DNA of 64,000 nt from Sminthopsis crassicaudata (taxonomy: Eukaryota). Positions 26,150 to 38,620 of the stretch are shown one piece after another. The DNA lies in the NCBI RefSeq assembly GCF_048593235.1, contig NC_133617.1, positions 421,766,958-421,830,957 of the forward strand. Reading direction: 5' to 3'. The notes under the pieces were generated by a model. It saw only the letters and a list, made by a program, of their open reading frames with translations. It did no database searches and had not been told where the DNA came from. Each line of letters begins with the position of its first letter. Position 1 is the stretch's first letter. The translations under genes and the position numbers were made by a program.

Positions 26150-27160
26150 TCAAGGATATCTCTGGGGACTCCAAAAGCCAGCCTGCCCCTCTCCCCAGGG
26201 GACTCCGGCCGGTGGCCAAAGGAAGGACTCTGGACGGCGGTGCTACCCCGGCCCAAGCGCAACTGGCACCAGCTGGAAGGGCTATGAGTGCCCGCAGTTC
26301 GGCGGTGGGGCTTCAGAGGGAGCTATGGAGCTGTCCTTAGTCGGGCCGGCTGGACTGGATCCTAAGGGCGGTGTTTAGGGCTGGGAGGCCGGCCCAGGGA
26401 GGAGGGACCGAAGGAGGAGACTGCAGCAGGCTCACAAGAGGCTTCGACAAGCCGGGGCGGCTGGGGATGCCCAGGTGCTTCTCGGAGCGCATCGCAGCAC
26501 AGCCCGTACGCACATCCCTTCCCACTGTCAGGTAGCTCTGCAGCTGTCCCGAACCGGACTTCACTTCCTCAAAGCCCCAAGGTGAGTTTTCAAGTACCGA
26601 GGGAATAGGCATCTAGAGATGTTCCCAGAGGTGCCCCTCTGTGGAAGCTGGTTCGAATATATGGGACTCCGCGTCCGTCTCCGGTTGCCGGTAGTTCTGC
26701 TGGTCCGACAACGTGCTTTCCTTTCCTCTCTGCTCTCAATATAAAATTTAAGCTGGCCTTTTTCTCAGTCGGGGTCTGAGAGTCTGACACCAGTCATCTG
26801 AATTTCCCAAATAGAGCAAAACCAGGACTAACCCCAGAATCTGGACCAAACCTCCCCTGCCCGCTAAGCAGGGATGATTTATAAGCAAAGTATCCCTGTA
26901 GCCTTGATTTAGTGGGTGCGCAGAAAACTGCTGAGCACACCTGAAGCCACGGTGAAGAGTCCATTGTCTCACAGCTCAGCTCCCTCTAGCTACATTCCGG
27001 CAGCGAGAAGTCCCCGGGACCCTTTGCTCTCAATGATCTGAGTACCGAAGCACCGAATCCTGAAAATCAGATTCTACTGACATTCCAACTACGACCGGCC
27101 CTTGGCATTTTGCTTTAGGTCTAGCAGTTTCAGCGAATTGGTTGATTTCAACCTCGTACT
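26150..27160. promoter_or_regulatory. CpG/GC-rich promoter region of SCNN1G, no obvious TATA box, GC boxes at 26366-26371 and 26455-26460
   Basis: Sharp local rise in GC and CpG density in an otherwise CpG-poor window; two GGGCGG motifs; ~5 kb upstream of the first coding exon. Confidence 0.75.
26400..26581 (+). other. SCNN1G: Putative non-coding exon 1 (5' UTR) of SCNN1G; start approximate
   Basis: Strong donor AAG|GTGAGT at 26581/26582 inside the CpG island; mammalian SCNN1G has a non-coding first exon. Confidence 0.65.
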
Positions 27161-28699
27161 GGTAGAACTTATTTTCTATAGAATAATTCAGTCTTGGAGA
27201 GAAAGAAGGAAGAAAGTTAAGACTTTAAATCTTTCCACATAAAAAAACAGGTTAAAAAAAATTCTTAAATTGCTGAAAGCTCCTGGCAAAGGTGGGAGAA
27301 CATGAAATCAAAGATCCAGAGAGAGAGATTTAGTTTTTATTAAAAATACTTTTGTCATCCGAGGGAAGGAGAGAGTAGGTGCTGATGAAATTTCCAGGAA
27401 GCTTATGGAGAGGGCTCTTGTCTGGTGGCGGCAAATCTTGCTGAAATAGCAGGCTAGCGTATCTCCTCAAGTATGGGAAATGATGAGAGTCTAAGGTTGA
27501 AGGAAAAAAGAAATGTTTGGAATTGGTCTCGGGTGGTAGAAAATGAATAAGATGGTCGAACAATGAGCCACCCTAAGGTTACGAATGAAATAAAATCTAT
27601 ATCAAGAGGTTTGTTTTTGTTTTTGTTTTGTTTGTTTTGTTTTGTTTTTTAGTACTCAGCAATTGGAAAGCAGGAGAGGAGAAATCAAGAAATCATATAG
27701 TGAAGGTTTCCTATATGTAAAAATTTTCAGACTGGGTATTGGGAAGGATGGCAAAAAGGATCCTAAATTAATAATTAGTGAAAGATAAAAGTAGCAGACC
27801 AGATCGAGGCTGGATAGGAAAGCTACTGAAATCAGAATAGGTAAGATGTGAAAAGATCACTGACTATGAAGTCAGCAAATCAGAGTTAGAAACCTAAGTT
27901 GATTATCTGGGTGATGTGACTCAAATTGCTCATTTTTGTACAAGTGGGAAGATTGATTTAGGTAACCTCTGAAATCCCTTCCAGCTCTCTCTATATGATG
28001 CTATAAGCCATGTAGGGATCAAAACCATTTACTTAGAGATCAGGACCATCTAGATTGATCAGCCTTCCATCTCTATTCTAACAGAATAACTGTTGTAAGA
28101 GTAATTCAATGTCATGAAGGAGGCAGGGAGAAAATTTCTGTGAACCGTGGATTTAGTTATCAAAGAAATATAAGCCCAAAAGAAATTTTCTTTCAATGAA
28201 AGAAATTGTGAGTGTTGACAGAATCAGAAATAGTAGCAGCAGATTGATTATTGAAGTCTAATCTCCAAAATCTCCTATTACTCAAAAAAAGATTTAAATT
28301 TTTAAGCAATAAATTTCATTTTTCACTCCAGTAATCCATTAGATTTTTGCAAATTGAGTCTTTTAAAAAAGTTGTTAAAGTGGAAGTAAAGAAATGGTTC
28401 CTCTGTGATGGGAAATGAGAAGTATAATGGGAATGAGGAGGTAGAGTCCTATGTACCTGTGGAGTGAGCTGGAGCTATTTGACATCCAATATGTCACTGA
28501 TTCTTTTCTTCCTAACATCAGATAACTTGTTTCCCTTTTCCTGGTCAATCCCAGGCCTATAGATTCCAAATCTTTTGTTTCTACCACTAACTCATGCCTT
28601 GCTCATGAGCTTCATGTCACTGGTTTAAGGATCTAGGATAGAAGAAATATGATAATTAAGAAAAGAAGAAGCCTGAAATCCAGTTTCCTAGCCAAAGAG

Positions 28700-28940
28700 T
28701 TTGCTGTTCAGTCATTTTCAGCCACTTTTGATTCTTCTTGACCCCATTTGCAGTTTTCTTGGCAAAGATACTGGTTTGCCATTTCCTTCTCTAGCTCATT
28801 TTGCAGATGAGGAACTTTGGCAATAGGGCTAAGTGACTTGCCTAGGGTCACACAACTAGTAAGTATCTGAGGCTAAATTTGAACTCAAAAAGATGAATAT
28901 TTTCTGATTCCAGGCTCAGTGCTCTCTCCATTGCATAACC
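28700..28940 (-). mobile_element. Mar1/CORE-type SINE in intron 1
   Basis: ttcttggcaaagatactgg...tttgcagatgaggaa...tttgaactc. Confidence 0.75.
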
Positions 28941-29249
28941 TACACATACGCAAATCAGAACAGTTTTCCAGGGTACAGAGTACCAATTTTTGCCACATCC
29001 AAATCCCTGAACTCTCATTCCTCTTGCTCATGGAAACCCATAGTATTGAAACCCATTGCATGCACGTATGATCATTGAAATGGCCATGGAAATTACAAGA
29101 CTATAGACTCTGAGGTAGAATTTTATCTCATATCTCATCTCCCTAACCACTTTATTTTTTTTTTACCAGTAGAGAACTGAAGCCAGAGATCACTCAAGAT
29201 CACCAGCTAGTTAGTGGCAGAAAAGAAAAGGAACCATCACCTGCCTTCA

Positions 29250-30500
29250 GAGATTTCGATCTAATGGGGCAAATAACAGGCAAATAACTGTATAAACAAA
29301 ATATAGAGAGCATAAAATTAGAGATAATCAATAGAGGGAAGGCACTAGGATTAAGGGAAAGGCTGGAAAATGCTTCTTATAAAAGGCAAAATTTTAGTTT
29401 GGACTTGAAGGAAGTCTGGGAAGCCAGGAGATGGAGGTTAGGAGAGAGATTTCCAAGCATCAGCACAGCCAGTGAAAGGAGACATATGTGAAGAACAATA
29501 AGAAGGTCAGTGTTATTGGATCACAGAGTAGTTGGGAGTAAATAAGGTATGAGAAGACTTGGAAGATAGGAGAGGTAGATGTTATGAATTGCTATGGTCC
29601 AAAAGGCAATGGGGAACCACTAGAATTTATTGCATAAAGTGAGGTCAGATCTGTGCTTTAGGAATACCAATTTTCTTTCTTTTGAAGCAATTGGTTACAC
29701 AGCTAATAAGCACCTGAGGCTGGATTTGAACTCCAGGGCTGGTTCTATATCCATTCTGATACCAGCTCACTCTAGGAAGATTAATTTGACAGATGAGTGG
29801 AACATGGAATGAAATAGGGAGAGATTTGAGGCAAGGAAATAGTCCAGGACTTTGGTGTACTGGGGATAGGATCAGGAGAGAAGAAGGAATATAGATGTTT
29901 TGAAGGTGAAATTGACTGGATTTGGCAAAAAAAAAAAATAATAATAATAATTGGATATAGAGTTGAGAGAAAGAGATGAATAGAAGCTTCAAGTGGAAAC
30001 TGAATGACTGGGAGGAAGCTGTGTCCTGCAGAATTACAGGGAACTTTAGAAGAAAGGAAAGGATTTCTGAGGAAGATAGTAAGTTCCATTTAGGAGACAG
30101 AAGAAATGTGGTCATTTAGAAGGATATGAAGAATAAAAATTGCATAGGGTTTTCAATACACAAAAGAATTTGTATTTATTCTTGGGGAAAAAAGGGAATT
30201 ACTGAAGTATCTTGGGTAGGGAAATGATATTGTCAAATCTTTCCTACCATTTTGGCAGCTGATGAGAGGAAGTATAGAGTAGGGGAAAAACAAATAAAAA
30301 GAAATCAAGTATAGTCTCTTGCTATAACAGACTATATATATAGAGAGAGACTATAGCAATAGTTTAGGCAAGAGGTGATGAGAGGTTGAACTAGGACAGC
30401 CACTTTTATGGGTGAAGAAAAAATGATGTTTGAGAAGTTTGTTAAAAAGCAGAGTTAAAAGAATTTGATTTTGGCATGTCACCTAGCCTCAATGGGCCTG
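29250..30500 (-). mobile_element. Degenerate L2 LINE fragments (with an inserted SINE) in intron 1
   Basis: Purine-rich degenerate L2-like sequence; boundaries approximate. Confidence 0.55.
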
Positions 30501-31487
30501 AGTTTGATTATCTTTAAAATGACAATGATAATATTTGGACTTTCCATCTATCAGGGCTTTGTAAAAGTCAAGTCAGATGTGCAATCTTCTTTTTTTTTTT
30601 TAAGTGTATTGTTATAGGAATGCTTGTTTTAATCCATAAATTAAAAAAAAAATTAAATCAAGTTAGATAAGAAAGATCTTTGTCACTGTAAAGTCCTCCA
30701 CAAAAATGAATGGGGCTAGTAAAAGACATTGGAAAGACTTTGGGAATTGTCTCTGGAGAGTTCATGTTTTAATAAGTTTAATAAAGTAGCTGAATATTAA
30801 ATAAATCAACCCTTCTGAATTTTGCTAACAAAACCAGCAAGAAGAGATAACAAAGGAAACTCCACTCAAAATAACCATAATAATCCAGGAAATATTGGGA
30901 ATTAGCCTTCCCCCACATCCAGGATTTATAAGACACAACTCCAAAACAACAAAAATTACAAGATATATTAATCAAAGCGAGATTTATTTCATTGTTCACT
31001 AAGTCATTAAAAAAAAATTAGAACAGTACTGAAATTAATTTACAGATTTGTGGTCAAACCAATCAAATTAACAAGGAATATGTGTAAACAACTAATTTTT
31101 CTATGCTGACCCTATCAGAAAACTCCAAAATGGATTTTCTTTACCGGGTCCTTTTCAGTGACTCATTAGTTAAGCCTCTAGGAAGCTTACAGGGATAGAT
31201 CGGTAGCTGTAAGGGGAGAAAACAAGACTCTTTGGCAGAGACCACAGTCAAAAACAAATATCCTGGAGAAGGAGCCAAACCCTAAGTGCACAGTATCCAG
31301 CAGATAAAGGGAACAAGATTTCCCTCAGGTCTGGCTGGCTTTAGCCCCAGAATGAGGCTCCTCCTAAGAAGACCTGAAAAAGACCATGAGCAACACAATG
31401 CGGGAAAGGTCAGGGTTTTGCAGGAGGCGCTTCTCTTACTAACCACCCCACCTTTTCCTACTCCCCTTTCCAGGTTCGAACTTCACT

Positions 31488-31804
31488 ATGGCTCCTGGGG
31501 AAAAGATCAAAGCCAAAATCAAAAAGAACTTGACTGTCACGGGTCCTCAGGCTCCCTCAATAAAGGAGCTGATGAAATGGTACTGTCTGAACACCAACAC
31601 TCACGGCTGCCGGCGGATTGTAGTGTCCCGGGGCCGTCTCCGCAGGCTTATTTGGATCTTGTTCACGCTCACGGCTGTGGCGCTTATTCTGTGGCAGTGC
31701 GCCCTGCTCGTCCTCTCCTTTTACACGGTCTCTGTCTCCATCAAGGTCCATTTTCAGAAGCTCGAGTTCCCGGCTGTGACCATCTGTAACATCAATCCTT
31801 ACAA
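31488..31804 (+). CDS. SCNN1G: SCNN1G exon 2 coding part (MAPGEK...NINPYK; TM1). Exon starts at 31474
   Basis: Branch point TACTAAC 31437-31443, pyrimidine tract, CAG acceptor ending 31473, ATG 31488, donor AA|GTAAGA; 317 nt. Confidence 0.98.
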
Positions 31805-32145
31805 GTAAGAGACTGGGATAGGGGAACAAGGAAGGGGTTATTGAAGTGACCAGCGCCAACCATTTTACTCAAGACCTTGGGACTCCGTTACAGTAGAATC
31901 TGCTTATGGTTACTCTGCTAAAATAGTTTACTATGTAAACTATGTAGTTCATAAAATGACATTTCGTGAGGAGAAGATATAAATGGCGGTTATATACATA
32001 TGTAAAATTTTATTACTATACATTATATATACTATATATTATTATATTTATTATAAAACCAGCATGTTTTGAAAAGTTTTGTTCCAAGCATGGAAAATGA
32101 AAAGAGTTACTTAATTTTAATTAAGAATTCTAAATTAGAATTCTT

Positions 32146-32277
32146 TTTTTCCTCTGAGGCAATTGGGGTTAAGTGACTTGCCTAGGGTCACATAATTAGG
32201 AAGTGTTACGTGTCTGAGGTGTAACTGATGCAGGACTTGTGCTCTATTTATGTTCACCACTTAGCTGCCCCTAATTC
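32146..32277 (-). mobile_element. WSINE1-like SINE in intron 2
   Basis: SINE body flanked by repeated agaattctt (32137-32145 and 32278-32286, probable TSD core). Confidence 0.75.
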
Positions 32278-34736
32278 AGAATTCTTAACCTTGGGGACTT
32301 CTTAGGGATAGATACATTTTAGAGAGTCTCTTAATTTGAATGGGAGACAATTATAATCTTTGCTTTTTTTTTTTTTTTTAACCAGTCTTTAACTGGAATC
32401 TAGTTATTTCCTTCAGTTATAAATATAGGCAATGAACATTATTCTAAGAAGAGAGCTATCAGCTTTAACATAATACAAAAATATTAAAGAAACACTATTG
32501 TTTTCCTTTTGGCAGTTAGAGTTAAATGACTTTTTCCCGGGGTCATACAGCTAGCTATGTCTCTAAGGTCAAATCTGAACTCTGGGCTTCCTGCCTCCAG
32601 GGCAGTGCTCTATCCACTGTACCACCTAACTGCCTATTGTTTTTCCAGTATTATGATTCTGTGGTTACTTTCTCAAATTAAAGGTGACTACAGGAATACT
32701 TAGGTTTGGGGTAGAAATGTCTCAAAAACAAAACAAAACACACACACACACACACACAGAGGAATGTCAGATAGCCTGATCTTACCAATAAACAAATATT
32801 TATTAAAGGTCAACCAGGCACAAGAGGGGTTATAAGACAGGCATTACCATTTAAGAATTGATCATGTAATTAAGGAAACAGAAAACACACATATAAAAAG
32901 AGAACTTTACCTCCCTGGGCCATTGTTTCCTCATCTGTAAAATCACAGGACTGAACCACATGTCTTTTGAGGACCCTTATTAATTTCCTAGATTTATGAT
33001 CTTTTGAACTGCAACTACAAAAAAAACATAATATACATAATAAAATACAGGTATAGCCAGATATAAGTAAGAGTTTTGGCCCTCAAGGAGCTTATTATCT
33101 AGTAGGAGATAAAAGAGAAACATAGCTGGGTAGAATACACAGTAAAATGTTCCAAACAGAAGAGCTTAATTTGGCAAAAAGTAGATTTGTTTTAGAGGAA
33201 TAGATTATAGACAAAATGAAGGGATAAAATAAACATGGTAAATATGAAATAGAGTTGGGAGATTATAGCTAGATGAACCAAAGTTAGCTAGGGTGAGGAG
33301 AAGGACTCCAGTAGAGGGAAGACACTATGAGAGGGAGAGAGAGTAACCTCATGGTGGGCTTAGTCTTAAAAAAGAACTTAAGGTAATGGGAGAGCTTTTG
33401 CTTAAGACATTGACACACTCTTAAAGAAAGCCAAATTCCAATGTAGTTAATGGTACTCAGGTAGTGTGGGGTAGTGGAAATAATACCAGACTTAGAAGAC
33501 AATTTAAACTCTCTGACCTTGAGTTTCCTCCTCAGCCCTAGCTACCTTATAGGGTTTTAAGGAGGATCCCATGAGGTAATGCAAATAAAAATGCTTTGTG
33601 ACCACAAAAGGAGTGAGAAATGTAAAATATACATAGCCAGTTATTACTTAATTCACACAATACAGAGGATGCGTCTTTAGCACAAATAATCTAAGAAAGT
33701 CCTTGTTTCTCCTTTCTTGCCAGAACTATAACCATCATGCTTAATCTCCTCTCATTATCATTATCACCACATTCTAGTCCTCATCCTTGAGTTAGACAAG
33801 ATGATGTGCCCCACATTCTAGATAAGTAGAAGTGAAAGAATGGATTCTTGGGTCCAGACCTCAAGGCTGATAACCTTAACCTGATAGCCTTGAAGTAATT
33901 TATTTATAATCAAAAGCCATTTTACAGTTGTGTTATCAGAGTGAATCATTAATATCTAGAGAGGAGAGAAGTAAGAAAGGGATGATACAATCAATGTAAG
34001 AAGTTTTCTTATGCTATAAAGGCCTCATGATCATGCTTCGAGAGATTCATTTAAAAGAACTGAAGATGGTTAGCGTATAAAAGATGTGAGAAAGGATCTC
34101 AAAGGATATCAAGTTTAATCCCCTTATGTTATAGATGATAATACAGAGGCCCAAGGAGATTATATAACTTGCCAAGATACTAAAGAAATTTGAATCCACC
34201 TCCTATGACTCCAAGACTATTGCTTACATGACTGCTATCTTTGAGAATTCTAAAGTCTTTCTCATGAAAGAGGGATTACACTTAGTCTACCCAGCCCCAG
34301 AGGACTGAACTAGGAGCAAAAGGTGCAAAGTAGCATCCTGATCTGGTGCTGATAAAAACTTCCTTAAGTAGAATAAGTTGCCTTACAAGATAATGAGTTC
34401 TCCCACCCTAGAGGTGATCAAGATCAAGATCAAGGCACTTGGGGGAATTTTTGCTGAGGAATGGGATCTCTGAGGTTTTGCGATTCTATCCCTTTTGTCT
34501 CTCCCTATGCCAGCCTCCAGGTGCCTGCAATGCAAATAATCATTGATAGCAAGCACAGAATTATGAATTTATCACCTGTGTTTGTTCTAGTGGGAAGACA
34601 TTTGGGAGGGCATTGTGAAATCAGGTGCTAGCAAAGTTAGGTACTTTTTTCATGACATGTTTTCCCTGGGGTTGGTCCCCTAAGGAAGGGCTCTGTTCTC
34701 TCTCTACATTTCATGACTGTTTTTATCTCCTGACAG

Positions 34737-35049
34737 GTACAGTGCTTTGAAAGAACTTCTGTCTGGCTTGGACCAAGAGACCAAAAATGCCTTGAGGAAT
34801 TTATATGGACTTTCTAACATCAAATCTCGGAAGCGGAGGGATGCTGATTCTCCACAATCATCTGAGGGACACACTGATTCAAAGTTCTTGAATATCTTGC
34901 CGCTTATAGTCTTTGAGGCAGATGATACAACCACGGAAGCCACTGATCTCCTGACTGGAAGAAAGCGGAAAGTCAATGGTACCATTATCCACAAGGCATC
35001 GGATGTTATGCATGTACAGGAGACCAAGAAAACTGTGGGCTTCCAGATG
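34737..35049 (+). CDS. SCNN1G: SCNN1G exon 3 (finger domain: furin RKRR, inhibitory tract KFLNILPLIVF, RKRK site)
   Basis: Acceptor tgacag|G, donor ATG|GTGAGG; YSALKELL...VGFQM; 313 nt. Confidence 0.96.
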
Positions 35050-35085
35050 GTGAGGGCCATTCTAAGGATGCTCCCTTCTATGTGA

Positions 35086-35086
<1 letters not shown>

Positions 35087-35126
<40 letters not shown>
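35087..35126. repeat. (TG)20 microsatellite starting at intron 3 position +38
   Basis: Seen directly. Confidence 0.95.
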
Positions 35127-35133
<7 letters not shown>

Positions 35134-35803
35134 TTATACCATGTCAGTCCAAATGTAGGCCATTGTTGAACATAAATAGGATGCAACTTCAAAATGAGAT
35201 TTCTTTGAAAGGAAAAACATTCAATTCAATTCTACTAGCATTTCTTAAACTTCTGTGATATTCCAAGTACGGCTAAATGCTGGGTATAGAACAACAAAAA
35301 GAAAAATATTCCCTGCCCTCAAAGAACTTATATTTCTATTAGTGGAAAACAACATCTGCACAATTAAATAAATACAAAGCTCGACAAATTAAATTATTGT
35401 ATTGGAGGAGCAAGGGGAAATTATTAACAATTGAAGGAAAGGAAAGTATCTATATAAGAGAGACCATGGGATCTGAGCTTGTAATGGAAATAGAGATACC
35501 AGGAGACAGAGATATATGTATCTTTCTCTATGCATTCTCTCCCTACCTTTGCCTCATAAAATTCTCTTCTTTAAAGATGCAACTCAAACCACCACCTTCT
35601 ACATGAAATCTTTCCTGATTTCTCATCAGGAGAAATCTTTCTGTCTTTAACTACTTTATATTTATTTGATTTATTCTGTGTCCATTGATATATGTACTTG
35701 GCTCCCTCAATAGAATATAAACTCTTAGAATTATAAATGCTACTCTTAAAGATTATTTTATTCTTTGTATTTGTATTATCCCACCTACAATAAAAGAGAC
35801 AGA

Positions 35804-36304
35804 CAGAGATGTGAGCCAATGGCACTTTATTAAAGGGTCCATGGTTCTCTCTAATGAAGTAGACCTCAGATCTGACTCATCATTTGAGATGTTGCCTCCT
35901 TCCAGGGCCCTATTTTTGTAGGGCTAGATGGCCAGACATTAAAGAATAGCTATACCAAATACATAATAATTCCATCAATTTACATGTGATGCAGAAGCTA
36001 AAATAAGCTGTCAGTAGGATCAAGATGATTGAAGCAAGAGATATCTCCATACAAGATGGATAGGCTTCCCAATAGGTTAGGCAGAAGGAAATGGTACAAG
36101 CTATCATCGTCTAAATTGTCATAAGATGGTCATCTGCTTCTATTGGATAAGAAATTGGTCCGGAGGCACTAAAGTATTTTGGGCGACTTTCTATGTAGTT
36201 GATCACCTCTGCCATGATGGTCTCAGCCCAACAAGAGTGGAGAGCTTTTAGTTAATTTCCTATGGTTAAAAAAGTGAATTTCGAATCTGTAGCTCACAAC
36301 TCTG
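35804..36304. mobile_element. Unclassified ~500-bp element with terminal inverted repeats (MITE or solo LTR)
   Basis: cagagatgtgagcca ... tagctcacaactctg; minus-strand AATAAA close to one end. Confidence 0.4.
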
Positions 36305-36957
36305 GGGCTTATATACAGAACTTTAATATGATTCTATCAAATTGATAAATACTAATTAGAATAGAGTAATTCCATAATTGATATAGATATAGATATGGAT
36401 ACAGATACAGATTGATATAGATCTCTCTCTTACTATATATATACATACACACTGAAAAATAACCCTCATTTTTAGGTTATACTCAAGGCTTATACAAGTC
36501 AGATTATGGGGGGAATTGTGGTCTAAATTCAGATCCATGAAGTATAAACAGAAGTGTGTTATTTCTGTCATATAGTGCTTCATTTTTGCCATCCCTAATC
36601 TGCCTTCCTGGGTCTATTCTTGGAATTTTCTATATTAGAAAAACTGCCAGGAGCAGCAACCACCATTGTCCAAGTTCCTTGCATTAAAAAAAGAATCTTA
36701 TCCATGCACATTCTCTACTCTCCTTATCCCTGAGGTCTGATGACAATTTATTAGCACAAAATCAACCTTTTCCCACCCTAATTCCAAGGCACCATTATTC
36801 ATGAGGCTACTGATATCACAACATTTGAGGGGGTTGAGGAAAGTGAGATAAAATTCTATCGCCTGAACATTCCCATCCAGGTAGTAGACAGCATTCCCCT
36901 ATCCCAGCTGCCCATTGCTAGAAAGGTCTGACAAATACCATCTCATCTCTTTCACAG

Positions 36958-37154
36958 TGTGAAAAAAATGGCACTACTGATGACTGTGCAACTTATACCT
37001 TCAATTCTGGGGTCAATGCCATTCGGGAATGGTACAAGCTGCACTACATGAATATCATGGCGCAAGTGCCCCTGGAGAAGAAAATCAACATGAGCTACTC
37101 TGCAGAGGAATTGCTGGTGACCTGCTTCTTTGATGGAGTTTCTTGTGATGCCAG
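36958..37154 (+). CDS. SCNN1G: SCNN1G exon 4
   Basis: ttcacag|TGT...GCCAG|GTCAGC; CEKNGTTDDCATYTFNSGVNAIREWYKLHYMNIMAQVPLEKKINMSYSAEELLVTCFFDGVSCDAR; 197 nt. Confidence 0.97.
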
Positions 37155-37388
37155 GTCAGCAAGGGAAATGCTCCTGTTTTCACCCTATTTTCAACCTTCA
37201 GCATTCTCTTGTCACTGAAGGGTGCTACCCTACACACACAGCTGAGCTGACTGATTCTCCTTATTGGAATCTTGTTCCCTCACTTTATTATATAGTTGAC
37301 ACATGGGTAAGAAGTTTTAGTGGAGGAGGAGAAAGTGAATGGAAAGGATCCAAGTCTGGTCCTTGATTTCTGACTAATAATACTTCTG

Positions 37389-37498
37389 TTACTATTACTA
37401 TTACTACTACTACTTCTACAACTACTATTACTACTATTATTATTACTACTACTACTATTACTATTACTACTAGTAGTAGTAATAATAATAGTAATAGT
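37389..37498. repeat. Degenerate (TAC/TAT)n to (TAG/AAT)n trinucleotide tract
   Basis: Seen directly. Confidence 0.9.
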
Positions 37499-37933
37499 TG
37501 CAGAGAAGGTGCCAATTTGCATTGCTAAGGAATTTCCTTATCCAGGTAGTTCCTTATATCAGCTAAATAACAGATTCAATCTCTATTCCTATTAACAATA
37601 ATAATTTTAAAAATCTAGCCTGTGATGTCATTGCAATAAGGAACTTTCAGAAAGGAAATGTCCTCTACCAATTCAGATCAGTGGTAACATTAGAAGTTTA
37701 CCCAGAGCATTGAACAATTAAGTGATTTTCTCAGAGTCATACAATATATATTTGAGGCACGACCTAAACTAAGGTTTTATTGATTTCATGAATAGCTCTT
37801 TACTCATTACACCAAGCTGACCTCATAATAATAAAGAATTGTCCCTTAGTTAACCTACTAGATTACATACAACTATTTTTATTCAATTATAGAAAAGCAG
37901 GCGTTTTTTGTTTTTATTTTTACCACATAAGGT

Positions 37934-38120
37934 CAGAGGTTCTCAAGATGATCCAAAGACCCTTTCAACAGGTCCATGAGGTCAAAACTATTTTCACAAT
38001 TACACTAAGATCTTTTATTTCTACTATAGCATATACATATGACATTCATGTAAATAAAAACTCTTTAGCGAAAGCCCTCAATATTTTTTAAGACTATAAA
38101 GAGTTACTGAGAACCACTAT
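37934..38120. mobile_element. hAT-Charlie-type MITE remnant
   Basis: Ends cagaggttctcaa / tgagaaccact. Confidence 0.55.
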
Positions 38121-38516
38121 ACTAGATAGTAATCTGTAAGACAATAAATATAAAGGAATTATGGCAGGGATAATGACTTCTGTTACTATTTCTATCTGAA
38201 TTCCATCAAACAAGATAAGAACAAGATGGATAACAGTAATAATTATTAAGGGGCATAAAGATGTAGAAACAGAGATATTAGTAGGAGTTGAGAGGAAAAA
38301 GCAGCAAGCCCCGCAACAGTGATGGAAGAAGCAGAGAAAGAAATAGACAGTTGATAGGATATCCCAACAAAAGGTGGGGTAAGAAGGGGAAAAGAACTAT
38401 GTTGAGGCTCTCAACACAACAGTGCTCCCTCTCTGACTCGATTTTTTTTTTTTTAAGAGCTAGGAATGAAGAGTCCCAGATCTGGAACTATCTGACTCAG
38501 TTTTTTATCTCTGTAG

Positions 38517-38620
38517 GAACTTCACTCTTTTTCACCATCCAATGTATGGGAATTGTTATACCTTCAATGGAGACAACAATAAGACTGTCCTCAATACGTC
38601 CATGGGAGGCAGTGAATATG
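38517..38620 (+). CDS. SCNN1G: SCNN1G exon 5
   Basis: ctgtag|G...TATG|GTAAGA; NFTLFHHPMYGNCYTFNGDNNKTVLNTSMGGSEY; 104 nt. Confidence 0.97.

Noticed and set aside
31286-31789. 167-aa ORF overlapping exon 2
   Set aside because: An alternative frame of the GC-rich SCNN1G exon plus intron sequence, with no recognisable homology; considered only in the uORF hypothesis.
26000-35000. Glucocorticoid/mineralocorticoid response elements
   Set aside because: Only isolated half-sites (e.g. AGAACA near 27298, TGTTCT near 34694) were seen; no convincing 15-bp palindromic element.
37130-37522. Short ORFs with poly-Ser/Thr/Val/Leu runs
   Set aside because: Translations of the trinucleotide microsatellite.
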